A stretch of DNA of 64,000 nt from an uncultured Acidobacteriota bacterium. GTDB lineage: Bacteria; Acidobacteriota; Vicinamibacteria; Vicinamibacterales; JAFNAJ01. Where the stretch lies: assembly GCA_963697285.1 (NCBI GenBank), contig CAVONI010000001.1, positions 391,462 through 455,461 on the forward strand, read 5' to 3'. Below are positions 1 to 9,300 of this stretch, piece after piece. The notes under the pieces were generated by a model, which was given only the letters and a program-made list of their open reading frames with translations, did no database searches and was not told the origin of the DNA. The position numbers were made by a program, and so were the translations under genes. Each line of letters begins with the position of its first letter. Positions within the stretch are counted from its first letter, which is position 1.

Positions 1-1
1 C

Positions 2-2431
2 GAGGAGGGCGTCGCCATCCCGTTCACGGCGGCCTACAACGACGGCACGGTGTTCGCCATCACGGTGACCAAGATCAACGGCATCGAGCTGGTGTGCAGC
101 CCCGTCGACGCGCGCCGGACCAAGGTCGAGATGAAGGACTTCAGCTATGTCACGTCGTACTCGCGTGGCACCTTCATCGAGGGCACCATCGGGCTGGTCA
201 AGTACATCCAGGGTGCTGCCGAGACCGGCTTCAAGGTTGACAAGACGTACCTGACGACAGCGACCGGCACGACGCAGAAGGACCTGTCGCTGTCGACGAC
301 GATCGGCGGCAGCCTCAAGAGCGGTGTGAAGTTCGCCCTGTTCGAACTGGGCCTCGAGACGCCCGTCCTCAGAGGTGAGCTGAAGGCCGAGGGCACGGCG
401 AGCGTGACGGGCACCGCGACCCGGACGGCGAAGTACACGTTCTCCTACCCGTTCACGCCGGATGCGAACTGCAGCATCGCGCGCATCTCGCTCGAGTCGC
501 TCTACGGCGTGAATCCGCTCTACAACAAGGTGCTCGACCTCTCGCGGCTCCTGTTCACCGGGAACCAGTGCTTCCCGCCGGAGCGCTACCTCGTGAGCTT
601 CGGGACGACCTTCACCGATGCGTCGTCGGTTGGCGCGACGCTCGGCGGGAAGATCAACTTCCCGTTCGGCGAGGCGCTCGCCGACAACAAGATCAAGGCG
701 TTCACCATCAACGGGTCGGCTGCCGCCTCATCGGCGTTTTCGATGGCTGCCACCTACGAGGGCACGGCGAAATACGTCCCGGCACAGAACGCCACGAAGA
801 GGGTCGGCGCGAAGGAGTCGTACACCCTCCGCGGCGGCATCGACTACCTGGCAAGCCTCGGCCTGGCCCAGACGAAGATCACGAACGATCCCGACATTCC
901 GCCGGCGGCCAAGCCCCCGGCGACCGACGCGGTCAAGATCGAGTTCGACAAGTTCAAGGAGTCGCTCAAGGCGGGGAGCGTTGGCGTGGCGGGCACAACG
1001 GCCGAGACGTTCACCGTCGCGTTCACCTACAACTGGGAGGATCCGTCATTCCTCCCGCCGAGGCCGACGAGCATCGGCGTGACGTTCGCCGGGCCGAAGA
1101 CCACGGGCTGGAAGGTCACGACGCCGGGCGGGACCGAGACGAACCTGCAGGCCCCGCCGTCAGGATCGCGCCTCTACACGATCACCAAGCCCGACGACGT
1201 CGACCGGCTGACGCGGAAGCTCGCCAACATGAAGGAGATCCGCGACGCGTGGAGCGGTGCGGGCGCCCTGTCGCAATTGACGTTCATCCCGTCGAAGCTC
1301 CAGGAGGAGTACGCCGACTTCCTGGCGCAGCTGCCCTACATCGGCGGGACGTTCGCCGACTCGGATGCGCTCGCGAAGGGCGTGTCGGCGCCCATCGGAG
1401 GCACCGCGACGATTCTCGGCGCGAGGCTCGGGTTCAGGTTCGGCGTGAAGGCCGACGCACTGGTCCTGCGCACGCTCGCCAAGGGCGGCCTCGTCGGCGG
1501 GCGCGGCTACACGCTCGAGAAGTATCCCGCGACGCTGTATCCCCAGCCCGAACTCGACATGATCGACAGCGTCGGCCTGACGTGGGACGCCCTGATGGGA
1601 TCGTTCTCGAGCGAGTTCTCAGACCACTCGGGCGACATCACGCCGGGCGGGCCGACGACGTTCACGAGCGACTTCACCGCGCACCTGACGATCGACGGGC
1701 GCCTGGAGCCGGAGCCGTTCACCGGCCGCCTGTTCTCGTGGAAGTACCGCCTCGTCTCCGGCCCTGTGCGCGACTATCGCGCGCTGCCCATGGACGTCTC
1801 GGGTGCCGAGGGACGTCCGCACTACGGCATCGGTGCCTTCCACCAGTTCGAGCCCGATGGCCGGAGGCTCGCCGTCGCGACACCGCTGATGATCGACTAC
1901 CGCGACGAGGAAGTCGCAGGGTTCGACGAGTCGATGCTCAGCCTCTACCGGTGGAACGCCGAGCTCAACGACTGGCAGCGGCTCGACGGCGTCCATGACA
2001 TGAACGCCAACACGATCACCGTGCCCATCCAGGAACTCGGGCTCTACACGCTTGGCCTGCGCATGCCCGCCGGGGCCATCGGCCTGACGGCGACAGGCGG
2101 GGCCATGGAAGGTGAAGGCGAGTCGGCGACGCGCACGTTCGCCGTGGAGTCGGGGACGCTGCGCACGAACGATGGCCTCGTCGTCCCGGACGGCACGCTC
2201 TACACGGTGAAGTCGGTCGTGGCCGAGAGCACCGACGGCAGCGCCTACGGAGAGCTCCTGGCGGCCGACGTCGACCCGGCACGCGACGGCGTGCAGGTCG
2301 CGGCGGCCGGCGGACGCGTCGTCTTCTCGGTGCGGTACGCGAGTCCGTTCGGGGTCTACGTGCCCGGGCAGGCGGTGGTCTACGCGGCGGCGGGCACCGC
2401 CGCCGGCGAACTCGTCCTGGTGGCCCAGTAG
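2..2431 (+). CDS. C-terminal ~810 aa of giant secreted protein B1 (5'-truncated by the window edge); paralog of the 19469-33249 protein
   Basis: The frame is open from base 2 (EEGVAIPFTAAYNDGTVF...). It is colinear with the B2 C-terminus: KDFSYVTSYSRG vs KDFQYSTSYSRG, FAGPKTTGWK vs FAGPKASGWK, LFSWKYR in both, PHYGIG in both, GLYTLG in both, VYVPG in both. Ends at TAG 2429-2431. Confidence 0.9.
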   Translation, partial: EEGVAIPFTAAYNDGTVFAITVTKINGIELVCSPVDARRTKVEMKDFSYVTSYSRGTFIEGTIGLVKYIQGAAETGFKVDKTYLTTATGTTQKDLSLSTTIGGSLKSGVKFALFELGLETPVLRGELKAEGTASVTGTATRTAKYTFSYPFTPDANCSIARISLESLYGVNPLYNKVLDLSRLLFTGNQCFPPERYLVSFGTTFTDASSVGATLGGKINFPFGEALADNKIKAFTINGSAAASSAFSMAATYEGTAKYVPAQNATKRVGAKESYTLRGGIDYLASLGLAQTKITNDPDIPPAAKPPATDAVKIEFDKFKESLKAGSVGVAGTTAETFTVAFTYNWEDPSFLPPRPTSIGVTFAGPKTTGWKVTTPGGTETNLQAPPSGSRLYTITKPDDVDRLTRKLANMKEIRDAWSGAGALSQLTFIPSKLQEEYADFLAQLPYIGGTFADSDALAKGVSAPIGGTATILGARLGFRFGVKADALVLRTLAKGGLVGGRGYTLEKYPATLYPQPELDMIDSVGLTWDALMGSFSSEFSDHSGDITPGGPTTFTSDFTAHLTIDGRLEPEPFTGRLFSWKYRLVSGPVRDYRALPMDVSGAEGRPHYGIGAFHQFEPDGRRLAVATPLMIDYRDEEVAGFDESMLSLYRWNAELNDWQRLDGVHDMNANTITVPIQELGLYTLGLRMPAGAIGLTATGGAMEGEGESATRTFAVESGTLRTNDGLVVPDGTLYTVKSVVAESTDGSAYGELLAADVDPARDGVQVAAAGGRVVFSVRYASPFGVYVPGQAVVYAAAGTAAGELVLVAQ

Positions 2432-2441
2432 GGAGGCTGTG

Positions 2442-3290
2442 ATGATGCGACGCTTCTCTGCCCTCGGTGTCGTCCTCGCCGGTGTCGTGGTGGCGGCAGC
2501 GGCCCAGCCCGACGCGACGCTCGCGGTCGTGGCTGGCCGCGCGATCGCTGCGCGCGACTTCTCGCGCGTGTTGCTGGGGATGCGCGGCAACGACTACGCG
2601 ACGACGCTGAAGACGCTGACGCCTGACGGCCGGAAGAAGATCCTCGAAGACCTCGTCGGCACGCGCGTCCTCGCGCAGGCCGCCCGCGACGCCGGGCTCG
2701 ACCGCCAGCCCGATGTGGCCTTCGACGTGGAGCAGGCCGTCGCCGAGGTCCTCTCGCGGCGCTATCGCGAGACGCTGCGCGAACAACTGGCGCCGACGGA
2801 AGGCGAGATGCGTGAGTGGTACCAGGCGCATCGTGCCGAGCTGACCACGTCGCCGCGCGTGAAGGCGAGGCACATCCTCGTCGCGACCGCTGACGAGGCC
2901 GCTGCCGTGGTGGCGGCCCTGAAGGCCGGTGAACCGTTCGAACGGCTTGCCGACACACGCTCGCTCGACACGCAGACCCGGGCTCGCGGCGGCGACCTCG
3001 GCTGGGTCCCGAAAGGGTTCATGGTCAGCGCATTCGACGCGGCCCTCTTCTCACTCCGGCCGGGCCAGGTGAGCGACCCGATCCAGACATCGTTCGGGTA
3101 TCACGTGGTCAGGGTCGACGAGAACGACGAACGCGCCATCCCCGCCTACGACGCCGTGCGGGATCGCATCGGCGAACGCCTGATCGACGAACGCATCGAG
3201 GCGGCCCGCGCCGACCTCGCGCGCAAGTACGGCGCCCGCATCGACACCGACGCGCTCGACCGGTTCGGCCGGCCCGAGGGGAGGCCGTAG
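2442..3290 (+). CDS. Secreted PpiC/parvulin-type peptidyl-prolyl cis-trans isomerase (PrsA/SurA-like foldase)
   Basis: Signal peptide MRRFSALGVVLAGVVVAAAA and an N-terminal helical chaperone region. Parvulin motifs VKARHILV, GEPFERLA, GGDLGW and VSDPIQTSFGYHVV. GGAGG RBS just upstream. Start could be 2439, 2442 or 2445. Confidence 0.93.
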   Translation: MMRRFSALGVVLAGVVVAAAAQPDATLAVVAGRAIAARDFSRVLLGMRGNDYATTLKTLTPDGRKKILEDLVGTRVLAQAARDAGLDRQPDVAFDVEQAVAEVLSRRYRETLREQLAPTEGEMREWYQAHRAELTTSPRVKARHILVATADEAAAVVAALKAGEPFERLADTRSLDTQTRARGGDLGWVPKGFMVSAFDAALFSLRPGQVSDPIQTSFGYHVVRVDENDERAIPAYDAVRDRIGERLIDERIEAARADLARKYGARIDTDALDRFGRPEGRP

Positions 3291-3346
3291 CCATGGACTC
3301 CGCGCGCGTGCGACCCGACAGCCGATCTTCCCGAGAACCTGACGTG

Positions 3347-6300
3347 ATGCGACGCCACACGCCCTATGCCTGGTTGCGCGGCCTGACGACGCTCGTGGTG
3401 GCGACGGCGATGGCGACCGCTGCCTCGGCGCAGACGCCGGCCCGGTTCCTCGGCAAGGAAGACATCCGCCTCTACGGCCTCGGCCTCGAGGTGGAACCGG
3501 CAGAGCAGACCGTGCCGCGCGACATCGCGACGATCGTCTCGACCTTCCTGCAGGCGCCGTCGAACCCCGGCGACCTGCCGCCGTTCGCACCCGATGCCGA
3601 GGTGCGCGCCACGCTGCGTGGGCCGAGCTTTGCCGATCCGGTGGAACTGCGGGCGGCGCCCAACTCACCGCTCAACATCCCCGCGCTGACCGTTGCGGGC
3701 GTCCACACCGTCGAGAACATCCGCCTCGTGAGCCACGGCGAGGTCGTGCTGTACGGTTCGCCCGAGACCGCCACGATCAACGTCATCGACAAGCTGCTGA
3801 TCACGCAGATCACCGCGCGTCCGCTGACCGCCGAAGAGATCCGCGAGAAGGGCATCGTCTTCGACAAGTCGAACTTCCAGGCGTTCAACTTCAGCGCGGC
3901 GTTCGCGATCTCGCCGGGCAACGACATCCGCATCGACTTCCCCGTCGTCCTGCCGACCATCGCGGGCGCTGCCGACGCGAGCGCGCCGTCGTTCGACATC
4001 CAGACCATCGAGGGGCCGCTGCTCAAGGACCTCTCGACCATCGTGCCCGACACGCTGAAGATCCAGGCCGCGATTCCCAACCTGAGCGTCACCGGCTTTG
4101 CGCTGCGCGTGCCCACGTTGCAGGGCCAGAACTTCGTCGTGCCGCCGATTCCGGGCGTGGTCGTCATCCCCGGCGACATCGGCTTCCTCAACCAGTACTT
4201 CAGCGTGCTGCTGATGGTGGCCAACGTCGCGCCCGACGGGTCGCGCCTCGTCGTGAGCGACCTGACCGCATCGATCGTGCTGCCGCCGGGCAACGACACC
4301 GTCGTCGGGAGCATCGACGATCCGCTGCGGATGGCCAACACGGTTGACGGCGAATCGCCGCGCAGCGCGGCCGTGACCCAGGCGGGGCCCGACGGCAAGC
4401 TGGGCACCGGAGACGACATCACGACCATCGGCCCCGGCGAGTCCGGCAACGCCGAGTTCCTCGTCGAGGGCCGCCGCGAAGGCTCGCACGTCATCGAGAT
4501 GGAGCTGTCGGGGATCCTGAACGGCCTGCCCGTGGGCCCCGTGCCGATTCGTGGGCGCGCGGCGGGCGCCGTGCTCGTGCGCAACCCGCGCTTCACGCTG
4601 ACGTTCACGCATCCCGAGATCGTCAACGCGGGCGAGCCCTACACGCTCGACGTGACGGTGACGAACACGAGCGAAAGCCCGGCGAACTTCGTCTCGGTGA
4701 ACCTGCACGGCCGCAACATCAGCGGCGCCACGCTGGTCGGTGAGCCGTCGAAGGAGATCGAGCACATCGCGCCGGGCGACTCGCAGTCGGTGACCTTCGA
4801 CCTCGTGTCGAACCTGACCGGCCGTGTGACCGCGGCGACGCTCGACTCCGACGAACAGGTCGCCGGGAAGTTCGCGCTGAAGACGGCGGTTGGTGAACTC
4901 GGCGTGCCGCTCTCCCCCGACACGCTCGTCCTGCCGAAGGAGTCGAACGGCCTACCGAAGTCGCTGCGGGATGCGGCACTCGGCCTGCTCGGCAAGGCCT
5001 ACGCCGTGGCGACGGCCCCGGCTGCTGCGCTGCCGAAGGACGTGACGCGGTTCTCGCGGAAGGTCGTCTACGACCGCGCCGTCGAAGTGGCCGAAGCCGG
5101 CTTCCGCGTGACGCTCGGCGAGCCGCTGCCCGACAGCGCCCTGCACCTGTGGTTCGACATGGCCGGCAACAACTACGCCCGCCTTGTCGAGCGCACCACC
5201 GCGCAGGAACTGCCCTTCATCCAGGCCGACTATCGTGGCTTCGACGACCTGCGCCGCCGATCGGTGCGCGGCGACGTGCTCGCCCGCACGCTGGCCTCGA
5301 TCCTCTCGGAGCGCCTTGCGCAGCAGGGCGGGTCGGCCTTCCACGCGGCCATGGCGTCGGCCACGTCGTTCCGTGCCGGACACGTCAGCGTGTTGCTGAC
5401 CTCGCCCGGCGGACCGCTGCCGGTGACGCTCGTGATTCGTGACGCCAGCGGCGCCCGCACGGGGCAGACCGGGGACGCGGGGAAGATCGTGAAGGAGATC
5501 CCCTTCTCGGACCTGCTGCCCTTCTCGAACGGCAACAGCGAGCTCATCGCGCAGCTCGGCCTCGTGGCCTCGCCGGCGGGCGACTACGTGATCGAACTGC
5601 ATCGCGACGCCGGCGCCGCTCCCGATGCGCGCTTCTCGTTGAGCCTCGTCATCCCGCAGGCGGATGGCACGCTGCGGCAGGTGGTATTCACCGACACGCT
5701 GGTGTCACAACTGCCTGCCGTGCAGCGGCAGGCCGCCGACGCGCATGGCGTCGCGTTCGAGGCGTTCGACGGCGCGACGCAAGGCACGGGCACGCCTGCG
5801 ATGAGCCCGACGCTGCTGTCGGTCGCCGATCCGGCGCCCAGCGTGGTCGGCGTGCAGCAGCAGGCCGAGGCCGATCAGTTCGTGTGCGAGGGCACGCCGA
5901 TTGCCAAGGGCGCGCGCGTGATCGCAGTGCTGTTCAGCGAAGACATCTCGCCGCTCGAGGCGCAGGACAAGGTCGGCCAGGGCGAGTTGACGAAATACGG
6001 GGTGGACGGCAACAAGGTCGTGGGCGTGGCCCTCCAGCCGGGCCGCCGCATCGTCTTCCTCGCGCTGCGCGATCCCATCGGCCCGTTCGTCGACCGGTCG
6101 CTGACCGTCAGCGACATCGCCGATCGCCGCGGCCAGCGCATGGCCGGACCGCAGACGCTGCCGATCGGCATCACGGTGCCGACGAGTGCCGGCGTCGTGT
6201 CGGGCCAGGTCCTGAACGCCACCGGTCAGCCGGCGGCCTTTGCCAACGTGCGTTTGTTCTACCAGGCCGTGTGCGATGACGAACTGGTCACGTTCGGCGT

Positions 6301-9300
6301 CAGCTCGAAGCCCGCCGACGAGAACGGCCGCTACAGCTTCGACTACGTCTGGCGCCCGAACATCTCGAACGTGAAGATCGTCGCGCTCGATCCCGACACC
6401 GAGCAGTTCCGCGAACTCCGCTTCAACGTCGCGCGCGACGCCCAGCGCCTGACGGTCGACATCGTGTTCCTCGGCCGCGGATCGATCGAAGGCCACACCT
6501 ACGACGAACTGGGACGCCCGCTGCCGAACACGGTGATCAGGGTCACGAGCCTCACCGACCAGAGCCAGTTCGGCACGACGACCGACGGCGACGGCAAGTA
6601 CCGCTTCGATCGCGTGCCCGTGGGCAACGTGCTGATCGAGGCTGTCAGCGTCCAGCCGCCGGCGCAGGTGTTCATCAGCGAGCACATCCCGTCGCCCGGC
6701 GCGATTGTCGTGCGCGACTTCACGCTGTTCGACGTGAACACCGCGCCCATTCAACCGACGGTGGGAACGATCACCGGCTTCGTGTTGCGCGCAGACGGGT
6801 CCACCCCGGTTGCGGACGTGCCCGTGTACGCCTGGTACCGCAATCGCTCGCAAGCGGCCGTGCGCTGTCCGGCGCCTCCGGGAGCGCCCGAACCCGAGGA
6901 GTGCACGATCGCGGTGACGCGCACCGATGCGAGCGGCGCGTTCGCGTTCGACCGGATTCCCAGCGGGGAACTCCGCCTCGTGTCGTTCGACCAGTCGGGT
7001 CTCGAGCAGGGGGATGCCAGCATCCGGCTTGCGGCTGACGGCAGCGCACGCCTCAACATCCTCATCGTGGGCGGCATCGGCACCGTCACCGGCGTGGTGC
7101 TCGATCCCTCGGGCGCCGTCGTGCCGGGCGCGCGCGTGGGCGGCGGCCTCAGCATCCAGACAGCCGACGGCCAAGGCCGCTTCACGCTCACCGACGTGCC
7201 CGTCGGACGCCGGACCATCGTGGCGGTCAGCGACGCGCTGGCGACGAAGGGCGAGACGGTCGTCGACGTGATCCGCGCGGGCGACACCTACAACGCCACG
7301 ATCGTCCTGTCGTCGATTGGCGCCGTGGCGGGCATCGTCCGCGAGAGCAACGGGACGACGCCGGTGGCGGGCGTGACGGTCTACCTGTTGCGCGACTGCG
7401 CGATCGTCGATCCGCAGACCGGGCAGAGCGTTCCGGCGGTCTGCATCGACGGCCAGGCCACGACCGACACCAACGGCGGCTACCGCATCGACGGCATCAA
7501 CGTCGGCGCGTACCGCGTGTCGGCGTTCCGGGCCAACTTCAGCGACGGCAACATCGTGCCGGTCGCGGTCCAGTATTTCAGGCAGGTGGCACGCGGCGAC
7601 ATCACCTTCCGCGGCCAGGGACGCATCACGGGGACGGTATTCGACGATGACGGCGTGACGCCGCTGCCGGCATATGTCAGCGTGTCGGGCGACCAGTTGG
7701 TGATCGCCGGCGGACGCGTCGGTTCGAAGTTCCAGCGCGTCGACAACTACAAGATCGTCGAGACCAGCTTCGACGGCTCGTTCAACTTCAGCAACGTGTG
7801 GGCAGGCGCGTTCACCGTGCGCGCGGCGGGGCAGTTCAGTCCCGACCCGATCGCGTTCGAAGGCACGATGACCGCCGGGGCGACGGCGACGCTGAACCTG
7901 CGCCTGCAGCCGACCTCTGAAATCACCGGCACCGTGTTCCAGCCCGACGGCGTGACGCCGATGGGCGAGAACGTCATCGTCAAGTACAAGTCGGAAGCGT
8001 TCAAGGTCTTCTGCGCAGACGACGAGTTCGGCGACACCGTGTGCCGGACGATCCCGCAAGGCATCCAGGAAGAGATCGTCGTCACCGACGCGCAGGGTAA
8101 GTACCGCCTGGCGATCGTCAACGCGGGCGCGTTCACGATCACCGCCGAGGATGCGGCTACCGGGCGATTCGGCCTCATCAAGGGATCGGTGCGCGCCGGT
8201 GAGACCGGCGACTTCGCCGTCCGCCTGCTGGGCATCAGCGACGTGCTCGTGCGGGTGTTCGCGGCCAACCGCGATGCGAACGACCAACTCGTGCCGATCC
8301 CCGGCGCGAAGGTCGAGGTCGAGCAAATCGACGGGCAGAAGAAGAAGCTCGAACGGATTGCCGGCGCCACCGGCGCCGACACCGGCATCGCACGCTTCGC
8401 CGGCGGCGACGCATTCAGCGAAGGCGAGTTCATCGTGCGCGTGACCGACATGCGCAACGGCTTCGTCGGACGCAAGTCGGGACGCGTGACGAGCGACGGC
8501 CAGGTCGTGACGGTGGATGTGTTCCTGTTCGACGCCACCGGCACCGTGACGGGCACGATCTTCCATCCTGATGGCATCACCCCCGTGGCGAACGCTGAGG
8601 TGATCATCTCGAACGCCGGCGGCGCGATCGCCTTCGCCGTCACCGGGGCCGACGGCGCCTACGACGAGGCCGAGATCCCGCTCGGGAACGTGCGTGTCGA
8701 GGCCTTCGACCCGCGCACGGCGTCTCGCGGTGCCGGGCAGGCCAGGGTCGACTTCAACGCGCAGGAAGTTCCGATCAACGTCACGTTGGCGGCACTCGGT
8801 GTCGTGCGCGGGACGCTGCTCGAAGCCGGGTCGCTCCTGCCGCTGAAGAACTGGCAGGTCACCCTCGATCAGACCGCGCCGTCCGGGCGCGCCCTGCCGC
8901 AGTTGCGGACGAGCACCGGCATCGACGGGAGCTTCTCGTTCCCCGGCGCAGCCGTGGGCACCTTCCGCATCTACGCGTCGAAGATGAACGTGAACGGGTC
9001 CGCCACGGCAAACGGCGAGCTCACCCGGCCGGGCCAGATCGTCGACGTGCCGATGGTCGTGAACGTCATCAGGCCGGCGACGGGACGCATCACCGGCATC
9101 GTGGTGGATGCCGACGGGTCGCCGGCAGGCAACAGCGAGATCGTGATCGGCGGCCCGAGCGGCATTCGCCGCCTGACCGCCGACAGCGGCGGCGCATTCC
9201 TCATGGAAGACCTGCTGCTGGGGCGCCACAGCCTGACGGCGACGTCGCAGGTCACGAACAACACCGCGACCATCTACACCGATCTGAGCTACGACGGCCA

